DNA of 64,000 bases from a virus. A program made the translations under genes and the position numbers. The notes under the pieces are model-generated. The model saw nothing but the letters and a program-made list of their open reading frames with translations, searched no databases and was not told the DNA's origin. Shown in pieces: positions 18,113 through 25,662 of this stretch (its first letter is position 1; the number at the start of each line of letters is the position of its first letter). The stretch lies in the IMG/VR virus record IMGVR_UViG_3300005825_000016; one strand, 5' to 3'.

Positions 18113-19023
18113 GACCCTGTGTCCATGATTGCGTCTCTCATTTTCTTGTAGGTGATGCGAGCAACCTTTTGGTCTGCTTCATCGAGCACCTTTGCCATGT
18201 CAGCTGCTTTCAATAATTCTTCCATGGTGTCGCTTTGGTGCATTGCGCGTTCAACAGCAGCAAGCGTTATTTCTTCGGCTGGCTCCTGTTTAACGCCGCT
18301 CCCAAATACTTTGTGCGCTTCAACAAGATTGTCCGGCTCCTGAGCTGGCTTCGGCAGCTGATATTGAGTCACTGGTGGGGGTGTGTTTTCGTGATCAACC
18401 TGCTCTTCGACAACACCGAGGCCCTTCAACAGATCGGGATACGCATCACGTAAGCAGTATGCTCGTGCTCGCATCTGAAGCATCCGCTTTGGGTGTTTCT
18501 TCCAGTTGAACTTTGAATCAATGCCTGCCTGTACAGCGTCAGACCAAGAGTATGTTGCACTGATCGTCTGTGGATCGTCCCTGCGTTGCGTCTCGCAGGT
18601 TGCTGTTTTTCCATCCTCAGAGAGGGTTTCCTTGATCCACATGCACTTAGGAGAAGCACGCACAACTCCAATCAGTCCATCACCATACAGGCAGGGCTTT
18701 CCGTCGATCACAGCAATGGATTGGATGGCCTGAAACGGCTCCATACCAAGCTCTGATCCCATGTTAATTGCTACGAATACATCGTTCGGCCTGCCGCGAT
18801 ATGCGTCAGGTACGAGGCTTGATAGTGCTAACGTGTGCGCGACACGTTTTGCTAGTTCGTATTTGGCGAATGCTGGGTCAGAAGCAAGTGCCTGACCAGC
18901 TGCCGCCATGATAGTTTGTTCTGCTTCTTCCTCAGTGATTACGACGCTGGTGGCTTCGTTCACTTTTTCTGAGGCTGGTTTTTTGGCTGGCGCTTTCTTC
19001 TTGCTTGCTTTCTTGGTAACCAT
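18109..19023 (-). CDS. RecT-like ssDNA annealing protein
   Basis: VPDAYRGRPNDV...GSELGMEPFQAIQSIAVIDGKP...WKKHPKRML; adjacent to YqaJ exonuclease and SSB. Confidence 0.8.
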   Translation of the reverse strand: MVTKKASKKKAPAKKPASEKVNEATSVVITEEEAEQTIMAAAGQALASDPAFAKYELAKRVAHTLALSSLVPDAYRGRPNDVFVAINMGSELGMEPFQAIQSIAVIDGKPCLYGDGLIGVVRASPKCMWIKETLSEDGKTATCETQRRDDPQTISATYSWSDAVQAGIDSKFNWKKHPKRMLQMRARAYCLRDAYPDLLKGLGVVEEQVDHENTPPPVTQYQLPKPAQEPDNLVEAHKVFGSGVKQEPAEEITLAAVERAMHQSDTMEELLKAADMAKVLDEADQKVARITYKKMRDAIMDTGS

Positions 19024-19059
19024 TGTGCTTCTCCTAATAAACCCAGATATAAATAGTTT

Positions 19060-19998
19060 TCACGTCTCCAGTAAGATGGCTGTGCCAGCTTCTATGGCTC
19101 GCTCAGCATCTACTGGCAGTTTGGCTGTGTGTCGGGTAACAACGAATGAAGTCTCGGCAACTTCGAAAGCCTTCCGCGTTTGCTCTTTACGTGTGTAGGC
19201 TGACCCATCAGGTAAGACACCGACTGCGGCTTCGCCCATGAGCATAGCAATGCGGTTCTTGCAGCCGTCGATAATTCCTTGGTATAGCTTCGCTTGTTCT
19301 TGTGAGTCGTTGAGTACGTCATGATATTTCTGTGCGACCTCTGGCAGTATTACGACATTGCCGTTCGTGCCGGGATAAAGGTTTTTGATAAGGCGCGTCG
19401 TTGCTGCTGACTGCCACTGTGGTTCTGGTGCGACCTTCGACTGCACACGATCCCAGAATTCTTCTTCTGCTTGAATCAGATCATTGATGATTGACTCGAT
19501 TGGGTTGATTCGGTACTGGCGATAATCGCGGTTACCAATCAGGACAGCCAAGTCCCAGTGATCGTACCCAGTGACGGCGAGATAATGCTGGCACTGACAC
19601 ATGATGTATGCGGGGATTTCGCTTGACCCAGACTCACCCCACCCATCCGGGCGTGCGGCTGTCTTCGCTTCAAACCCAATCTTACGATCTTCACCAACTA
19701 CCTTGCGGTCAATGTTGGCAAGCATGAATGGATGCTCTTTCGAGCGAATGAGATTGTTGGACTTCTGAATTTTGTAACCAGTTTCTTCGGCGTACCGATT
19801 GGCTACTGGCTCTTCGAGAACGCTGCCCCAGTAACGAGATTCTTTGAGGAAGGTTTCATCTTCTGGTGGGGCTTCACCTATCTTGTCCAGATAGAGTTCG
19901 TAAGCCGTGGTATATGGGTTGATTCCCAATACGGTAGCCGCGTCTGAGCCACCTACACCTGATCGTCTTTCTTCGAGCTGCGCCTTCGTAAGGGACAT
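19060..19998 (-). CDS. YqaJ-like viral recombinase / lambda-exonuclease family
   Basis: RRSGVGGSDAATVLG...LANIDR...FEAKT...QCQHYLAV. Confidence 0.92.
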   Translation of the reverse strand: MSLTKAQLEERRSGVGGSDAATVLGINPYTTAYELYLDKIGEAPPEDETFLKESRYWGSVLEEPVANRYAEETGYKIQKSNNLIRSKEHPFMLANIDRKVVGEDRKIGFEAKTAARPDGWGESGSSEIPAYIMCQCQHYLAVTGYDHWDLAVLIGNRDYRQYRINPIESIINDLIQAEEEFWDRVQSKVAPEPQWQSAATTRLIKNLYPGTNGNVVILPEVAQKYHDVLNDSQEQAKLYQGIIDGCKNRIAMLMGEAAVGVLPDGSAYTRKEQTRKAFEVAETSFVVTRHTAKLPVDAERAIEAGTAILLET

Positions 19999-20038
19999 GC
20001 TGTTCTCCTGTTATGCAACACCGACACCCGGTGCAGGT

Positions 20039-20171
20039 AATACGCGATGATCGGAATCCAACCGACTAGGCCCTTATCAGGCGAAATGACTTCAGTGAGA
20101 GGTCAGTCTGCGGCTCGTAGTTCGCTAGGGGGTTCCCGGTTACTTTGCCTGCCGCACGTCAATCGCGTATT
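20039..20171 (-). ncRNA. candidate multi-helix structured RNA (leader of the recombination operon or sRNA)
   Basis: 10-bp closing stem AAUACGCGAU/AUCGCGUAUU enclosing UGCGGC/GCCGCA, GACU/AGUC and UGAC/GUCA stems plus small hairpins; starts at the predicted TSS. Confidence 0.55.
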
Positions 20172-20174
20172 TGT

Positions 20175-20211
20175 AGCTTACCACTATGTGTGAAAATGTC
20201 AACACTTAGTG
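20175..20211 (-). promoter_or_regulatory. sigma70 promoter with operator
   Basis: TTGACA-16 nt-TAAGCT with TGn; CACTTAGTG at 20203-20211 abutting the -35; degenerate copy 21 bp away. Confidence 0.75.
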
Positions 20212-20216
20212 TGCAC

Positions 20217-20244
20217 AAAAAAGGGCACCCGAAGGCACCCTTTT
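20217..20244 (-). terminator. Rho-independent terminator of the Y RNA-rsr transcript
   Basis: GGGUGCC-UUCG-GGUGCCC followed by U6, ~10 nt after the rsr stop. Confidence 0.85.
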
Positions 20245-20253
20245 CTGTAGACG

Positions 20254-21900
20254 TTATCTACTGAACTCCGCAATGATGGGGAGCACGTTTGCATCGAATC
20301 CAACCACGTCTAACATGCCGGAATCGTTGGGGTCAGCGATGCTGAACCCGCTGCTCGTCACACCAATAACCACGAGCTTAGCATTCGGGTTATGGGTCTG
20401 TCGGTATGACACTAATGCCTGAGCTGGCTTAATAGTGCCTGCCCACGTCTCGTTATCAGTGATGACGATGAACGTGTCTACCATGATGTTGTTGGCCGCA
20501 GCGTATAGCATCGGCACAGCACAGTCGGTAGAGCCGAAGTTACGGTCATACACTTTCTTCATCACGCTTTCCATCGAATCATTTGAGCCGATGTTGAGAT
20601 CAACAAATCCAGCGAGAGCGTTTTCCTGATCATGACGACCATATCCGTAGCCTCGTGGTCCTGCCGTGAAACCATGAATAAAATGAACTGGCTCAGTACG
20701 AGCGATGATCATTGCCATGGCACCAGCTGCCTCTGCTGCGCTGATATTCGAATTACTAATTGATGAACTCATCGAACCAGACACATCAACACCAATCATG
20801 AATGCCTTACCAGTCGGCTCCACATTCACGAATGCCTTCTCGAAACCCTTATCGAGTGCAGAGATTACACGCGGGTCAGTCTTCCAAGTCAGTGAGCTGC
20901 GATAGCCACCACCAGAGCTGTAATTCTTTAACGCCAAGAGATAGTGCATCGGGTGAATCTTTGAGCGCTTGATCTGCTCATCACTCACCAGTCGATCCAA
21001 TACCATCTTGGTCTCTACAGACATCGGCTTCAGCGTACCGTTCGCCGTCATCTTGCCCAGCTGTCGGATGGTTGCCATGAGTGGCATCTTCTTCAGCAGC
21101 TCGCGGTTGACAGCCTCGTTCTTCAGCCACTCAGTCGGCAGCATCTCCCATGACAGGCTGTACTGCTCAACATGCTTAGCCATGTCAGCGCCTTCGTTCC
21201 ACTCAAGCGTCTGTGCATCGCAGTAGCCCCTGTAGATGCGCGGCAGCTTGCCGGTCGCAACCTTTGCTTCCATCGTCTCAGGGCGGCAGGTCACATCGAA
21301 CATCGCACGCTTCTGCTCGACAATCGTTACCGGGTGAGATAGACGCATGATGTCGCGATGCGACCAACCATCACGCTGACGATACTTCAGCAGCTGATAG
21401 GCAAGATTGTCCGGCTTCTGGTTGTTATACCAGCGCTGGAAGGCACGCTTTGTAGCGCGGCCCCATCCACCAAATGCCTCAACGAACTTCGCAAACATGA
21501 ACAGGTGCGTACCCGTTCGTGCTACCTCTGGCATCACACCAGATGCCAGCTTGCGAGTCTGCTCATCGCCCAGCTTCAAAGCTGCGGCAAGAACAAACAA
21601 GGCAGCATCATTCTTGTGTGCGCGACCGTCCTGTGAAATCTCCACAACACGATTGACCACACGAAGACCATCAGACTTGATCAGTCCGATTACTGCGTTG
21701 GCATTGTCCTTGGTCAGGCTCGACTCGGTGACGTAGTAAGTGCCACCCTCGGAACCGAGAATAAGAAACCGATCCAGACGATCCCAGTCATCCAGCTTGT
21801 GAACGAATCCACCTGCTGAGTTCTTGACCTCATCGGTACGACCGGGGGTGCGCTCGCGCTGCGGTGAGACGCGAGTTGATACGTGACGTGAATAATCCAT
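20254..21900 (-). CDS. rsr: Ro60 RNA-binding protein (TROVE + vWA)
   Basis: VKNSAGGFV...LDRFLILGSEGGTYY...RTGTHLF...KYRQRDGWSHRD...GVDVSGSM...TDNETW...VVGFD; start at ATG 21900 with AGGAG 7 nt upstream. Confidence 0.97.
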   Translation of the reverse strand: MDYSRHVSTRVSPQRERTPGRTDEVKNSAGGFVHKLDDWDRLDRFLILGSEGGTYYVTESSLTKDNANAVIGLIKSDGLRVVNRVVEISQDGRAHKNDAALFVLAAALKLGDEQTRKLASGVMPEVARTGTHLFMFAKFVEAFGGWGRATKRAFQRWYNNQKPDNLAYQLLKYRQRDGWSHRDIMRLSHPVTIVEQKRAMFDVTCRPETMEAKVATGKLPRIYRGYCDAQTLEWNEGADMAKHVEQYSLSWEMLPTEWLKNEAVNRELLKKMPLMATIRQLGKMTANGTLKPMSVETKMVLDRLVSDEQIKRSKIHPMHYLLALKNYSSGGGYRSSLTWKTDPRVISALDKGFEKAFVNVEPTGKAFMIGVDVSGSMSSSISNSNISAAEAAGAMAMIIARTEPVHFIHGFTAGPRGYGYGRHDQENALAGFVDLNIGSNDSMESVMKKVYDRNFGSTDCAVPMLYAAANNIMVDTFIVITDNETWAGTIKPAQALVSYRQTHNPNAKLVVIGVTSSGFSIADPNDSGMLDVVGFDANVLPIIAEFSR

Positions 21901-21912
21901 CTTACTTCTCCT

Positions 21913-21937
21913 ATTCGGCTCGTCCATCACGAGCGTT
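21913..21937 (-). promoter_or_regulatory. circularly permuted Ro-binding hairpin adjacent to the rsr Shine-Dalgarno
   Basis: AAC-GCUCGU-GAUGG-ACGAGC-C-GAAU then AGGAG; same GAGC-C-G / (C/U)GCUC bulged helix as the three Y RNAs. Confidence 0.65.
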
Positions 21938-21943
21938 AAAAAA

Positions 21944-22075
21944 TGAGCATGTTATTGGCAGCGAAAGTTACGCGCTCTCCCAAGCTGAGCTACACCCACC
22001 ATTGTAGGGTGGGCGACTGGATTTGAACCAGTGACCTCGATCTCCCAAAGATGATAACGCTATCCATCCGGCTCA
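21944..22075 (-). ncRNA. yrlA: YrlA-type tRNA-like Y RNA
   Basis: Terminal Ro helix UGAGC-C-GGAU/ACAU-GCUCA; T arm ACUGG-UUCAAAU-CCAGU, loop-closed acceptor CGCCCACC/GGUGGGUG, D arm UA-GCUC-AGCUUGGGA-GAGC in permuted order; directly upstream of rsr. Confidence 0.9.
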
Positions 22076-22089
22076 AAATCAAAACTAAA

Positions 22090-22172
22090 TGCGAGCGTGT
22101 TGCGGAAGAGCGGTAGCCTTTCGGCATTTCACTGTTCAAGAGTAAGATAACGCTCTGATCCATCGGCTCGCA
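22090..22172 (-). ncRNA. Y RNA 2 (83 nt, non-tRNA module)
   Basis: UGCGAGC-C-GAU/ACAC-GCUCGCA Ro helix; AGAGCG/CGCUCU stem, UUAUC motif, GCC-GAAA-GGC hairpin. Confidence 0.8.
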
Positions 22173-22215
22173 AAACTGTCGAGACACCAATCCACTTAGT
22201 GCCTTAAAAATTTAG

Positions 22216-22280
22216 CCTGAGCATGTAAATTGCGGTGGGAACGATCATTAGAAGTGATAACCCATTGCATCCGGCTCAGG
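22216..22280 (-). ncRNA. Y RNA 1 (65 nt, minimal)
   Basis: CCUGAGC-C-GGAU/ACAU-GCUCAGG Ro helix; UGGG/CCCA stem then UUAUC; 5' end at the predicted TSS. Confidence 0.8.
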
Positions 22281-22287
22281 GATTGGC

Positions 22288-22331
22288 ATCATACGCCGGG
22301 GCTGGCTAAAGTCAACACTCAGTGGTAAAAT
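22288..22331. promoter_or_regulatory. divergent promoters sharing an operator (Y RNA-rsr leftward, HTH gene rightward)
   Basis: Minus strand TTGACT-16 nt-TATGAT (22315-22288); CACTCAGTG 22316-22324; plus strand TGn-TAAAAT 22326-22331. Confidence 0.7.
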
Positions 22332-22344
22332 TCTGCCCCTACCT

Positions 22345-22641
22345 GTGAAACCAAAAAGAAGCGAGAACGATGTGATGTCTACCCTTTTCGGCCCCAACGA
22401 GAGACCCGATGCAAACCCACCACACGAGAATGTAATCAGGAGGTTTCGAGAAGAGTTAAGGCTTGGGAGGCCGGAATTTGCTGATCTTCTTGATGTAAAA
22501 ATTGACACATTACGTGTATGGGAAACGGGGAAATCAAATCCACGCGGCCCTGTTGCGTTACGCATTGTTGAAACAGCGAATCGTAATAACTATCCACTGA
22601 CGGTCGAAGATATCTACCCGAAGAAGACGAAGAAAAAATAA
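22345..22641 (+). CDS. Cro/XRE-family HTH regulator
   Basis: RRFREELRLGRPEFADLLDVKIDTLRVWETGKSNP. Confidence 0.85.
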   Translation: MKPKRSENDVMSTLFGPNERPDANPPHENVIRRFREELRLGRPEFADLLDVKIDTLRVWETGKSNPRGPVALRIVETANRNNYPLTVEDIYPKKTKKK

Positions 22642-22654
22642 CCATAGAAACTCC

Positions 22655-22800
22655 ATGAATGTACCTTACAAAAAACAATTGTTGTTTTTGTTGTCAAACG
22701 TGCGTAATGTTGCCCATATAGAGGTAGAGGTAGAGGTAGAGGTAGATAAAACCACCTGACCAAGTACCAATAATCTCTATTAGTACCTACTAACTAAGGG
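22655..22800. other. candidate replication origin / displaced initiator-linker mini-ORF (22655-22759)
   Basis: AAAAACAA-TTG-TTGTTTTT inverted repeat, (AGAGGT)x4 tandem repeat, AT-rich tail; ORF MNVP...NVRNVAHIEVEVEVEVDKTT. Confidence 0.45.
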
Positions 22801-22806
22801 GCACCT

Positions 22807-23202
22807 ATGGGAACCAAGCTGTTCGGGAAAGTATTCCAGCAAATTTACGATTCGAGTCTTGCCACAAACTGGGAAGATATGGTGGTCTTTCAACAGATGA
22901 TTGTTTTGGCTGATGAGAGCGGTGTTGTTGATATGACCCACGATGCGATTTCGCGCCGCACCAACATGCCGCTCGCCCTAATTAAACGAGCAATCATCAA
23001 CTTGGAGAAACCAGATAAAAGTAGCCGCAGCCTTGAGCACGAAGGGAGGCGACTGGTCAGGATTGATGAGCACCGAGACTGGGGCTGGGTGCTGCCAACA
23101 TACCCAGAATACTCAAAGAGGATTACTGCTGAACAGAAGCGGCAATACAACCGTGAGCGCATGAGAGAAAAGCGTGCCGCTGATAAGGCAGACCAACAAT
23201 GA
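22807..23202 (+). CDS. phage replication initiator, N-terminal wHTH part only
   Basis: KVFQQIYDSSL...MIVLADESGVVDM...WGWVLPTYPEY...RQYNRERMREKR, then stop. Confidence 0.65.
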   Translation: MGTKLFGKVFQQIYDSSLATNWEDMVVFQQMIVLADESGVVDMTHDAISRRTNMPLALIKRAIINLEKPDKSSRSLEHEGRRLVRIDEHRDWGWVLPTYPEYSKRITAEQKRQYNRERMREKRAADKADQQ

Positions 23203-24743
23203 TCTCACTTTGGAACTGGCAGGCTGACATCCTTCAACAGGTGCGCGAGGCGATCCTTGCAGGTCACCGGAAGATTCTTGTCGTGGTTCCTACTGGTGGT
23301 GGGAAGACAGTGATCGCAGCTCAGATCGTAAAACTTGCTGCGGAGAAATTTAACCGTTCGATGTTTCTCGCCCATCGCCGCGAGCTTATCTACCAGTGTG
23401 CGAATAAGCTGATCAACTTCGGAGTGGACCACGGCATCCTCATGGCCGGTGAATATCCATACGGCGCAGCGGATTGTCAGGTCGCTTCCATTGATACGCT
23501 CCGTGCCAGATGTATCACAACGGAGAAGTTGCCGCTCCCCAATTCGGACATAGTTATCATTGATGAGGCTCACCGCTCTCTCGCACCGACCTATATCACG
23601 CTCATCAACCACTACGGTGAAAAGGTCGTCATAGGATTGACAGCGACACCCATACGAAGCGACGGCAAAGGTTTGGGTCACGTGTACGATTACATGGTGT
23701 GTGGTCCCAGTATCAGTTGGATGATCAAGCATGGTTATCTCGTGATGCCGCGAACGTTTGCGCCAACCATTCCAGACCTGACTGGCGTGCCAATAAAGAA
23801 CGGTGACTATGATCCTGTAGAACTCGAAGCGCGAATGAATAAGCGTTCATTGGTGGGCGATGTTGTTGAGCATTGGTATCGTCTTGCCCATGACAGGCCA
23901 ACTATAGTTTTTGCGAGCGGGGTTAAACATTCTGTGAACCTGCGCGATGAGTTCAGGAAGGCAGGGGTTACAGCTGCACACATAGATGGAAACACGCCGC
24001 TCGAAGAGCGCAAGCAAATCATATCCGATCTTCACGTAGGCAAGGTACAGGTTATTTGCAACTATGCGGTTCTGACTGAGGGTTTTGATGAGCCACCGCT
24101 TTCCGCTTGTGTCCTTGCTCGTGCTACGAAAAATCTCGGCCTCTATTTGCAGATGGGAGGTAGGACGCTCCGACCATCCGCAAACAAGAAAGACTCCTAC
24201 ATCATCGACCATAGCGGTAACGTTTACGAGCATGGCTTCATCCAAGATGAGCGACGTTGGGTGCTGGAAGAGGGACGTGCCCTGACAACAACAAGCGCCG
24301 AACGACAAAAAGATTTTGACGAAAAGAAGCCTATCACATGTATGGCGTGTGCCACAGTTTACACTGGACAGATTGTCTGCCCTCACTGTGGTCACACACC
24401 AGTGACCAAAGGGAAGCATGTTGAGTCTCGATCAGGTGACTTGATGGAAGTCCGATTGGAGAGCCGCAGGACAGCAAAGAAGAAGGTCTGGACATCAGAT
24501 GAGAAGCGACACTGGTACTCTATGCTGCTGGGTCATGCACAGCTGAAGGGAAAGTCAGAGGGCTGGGTGGCGCATACGTTCAAATCAAAGTTCAAGGTAT
24601 GGCCGAACTACTACAAAGACGCACCAGCATCGCCGCCGAACGGTGAGGTGCTGGCGTACATAAGACATAGGAACATAGCCTATGCGAAGAAAATGGAGAA
24701 GAAAAAAAATGAGAATGACAACCAAGCAAGCAGCGCGGGGTAA
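23199..24743 (+). CDS. SF2 DEAH helicase (RadD/YejH-like) with C-terminal Zn finger
   Basis: PTGGGKT, DEAH, GLTATP, QMGGRTLR, CMAC...CPHC. Confidence 0.92.
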   Translation: MISLWNWQADILQQVREAILAGHRKILVVVPTGGGKTVIAAQIVKLAAEKFNRSMFLAHRRELIYQCANKLINFGVDHGILMAGEYPYGAADCQVASIDTLRARCITTEKLPLPNSDIVIIDEAHRSLAPTYITLINHYGEKVVIGLTATPIRSDGKGLGHVYDYMVCGPSISWMIKHGYLVMPRTFAPTIPDLTGVPIKNGDYDPVELEARMNKRSLVGDVVEHWYRLAHDRPTIVFASGVKHSVNLRDEFRKAGVTAAHIDGNTPLEERKQIISDLHVGKVQVICNYAVLTEGFDEPPLSACVLARATKNLGLYLQMGGRTLRPSANKKDSYIIDHSGNVYEHGFIQDERRWVLEEGRALTTTSAERQKDFDEKKPITCMACATVYTGQIVCPHCGHTPVTKGKHVESRSGDLMEVRLESRRTAKKKVWTSDEKRHWYSMLLGHAQLKGKSEGWVAHTFKSKFKVWPNYYKDAPASPPNGEVLAYIRHRNIAYAKKMEKKKNENDNQASSAG

Positions 24744-25662
24744 GTGGGATGGCATCATCATCCACTTACTTGGCAAAGAAGCGGTTACGCGAAAGCATGG
24801 GCCGTGTCCTATATGTCAGGGCACAGACAGATACCGATACGACAACAAGCGGAACGATGGCGACTGGTTTTGCAATCACTGCGGAGTTGGTGACGGGTTC
24901 AGACTTCTGCAAGAAGCAATGGGCATCACTTTTGCGGAAGCGGCAAAGAAGGTGGATGAGATTGTAAACAACATCGAAGAGAAACCCTTCAAGCCAGACA
25001 TTGATATCGACAGACGCAGGCAAGCACTGAACGATACGTGGAGTGCGTCGAAGAATCCGCTTGTTGCTGCGCTTTATTTGGAAGGGCGCGGCATACCAAA
25101 AGAGATTATTGCTCAGGTAAATGATATTCGTGGCAACAAGAGCGCAGTTTATATTGGCGACGATAAATCACGCATGTTCAAGCCAGCGATGATGGCATTA
25201 ATTCGCAACGCAAAAGGTGAGCCGATATCAATTCATCGAACATACATTATGGGTTGCCTGAAAGAAAAAAAGATCATGCCGCCAATAGAGAATATCACTG
25301 GTGGTTGCGTGCGGTTGGGTGAGCCGCAAGATACATTGGTGCTGGCAGAGGGTATCGAGACGGCGCTCGCGGCATGGGCGATAACCGGGCATCCGGCGTG
25401 GGCGACGATATCTGCACACGGCATGGCCGAGTTCACCGCAATACCGAAGCATGTGAAGAAGGTTATCGTGTGCGCCGACAATGACGAATCATTCACTGGT
25501 CAGGCAGCTGCATTTACTTGCGCCAAGTACATGGCACAGAGGCTGAAGGTGGAGACCGTGGTTACCATGCCGAACATCATTGGCATGGACATGCTCGACG
25601 TGCTGCAAGACCTGAGTGATGTTGGTACATACGGAACGAAGCTGATGAGGTGGGCACCATGA
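24709..25662 (+). CDS. primase (P4-alpha-type Zn-binding domain + Toprim)
   Basis: CPICQGTDRYRY...WFCNHCG; EGIETAL; CADND; start at ATG 24709 after GGAG. Confidence 0.85.
   Translation: MRMTTKQAARGKWDGIIIHLLGKEAVTRKHGPCPICQGTDRYRYDNKRNDGDWFCNHCGVGDGFRLLQEAMGITFAEAAKKVDEIVNNIEEKPFKPDIDIDRRRQALNDTWSASKNPLVAALYLEGRGIPKEIIAQVNDIRGNKSAVYIGDDKSRMFKPAMMALIRNAKGEPISIHRTYIMGCLKEKKIMPPIENITGGCVRLGEPQDTLVLAEGIETALAAWAITGHPAWATISAHGMAEFTAIPKHVKKVIVCADNDESFTGQAAAFTCAKYMAQRLKVETVVTMPNIIGMDMLDVLQDLSDVGTYGTKLMRWAP

Noticed and set aside
21901-21930. Longer Ro60 start (MMDEPNRRSK) from the ORF track
   Set aside because: The AGGAG is correctly spaced for ATG 21900; the extension coincides with the RNA hairpin and has no SD
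21975-22040. Ordinary tRNA gene
   Set aside because: Arms are in permuted order (T, acceptor, D), the acceptor is loop-closed and flanked by the Ro helix, so it is called YrlA
22216-22280. GAGCCGGAUG resembling group II intron domain V
   Set aside because: The 3' strand lacks the complementary CCGG and there is no D6 or RT; the bulged-C Ro helix explains it
22719-22745. (AGAGGT)n and the 37.4-38.1 kb repeats as a CRISPR array
   Set aside because: No regular repeat-spacer periodicity and no cas genes
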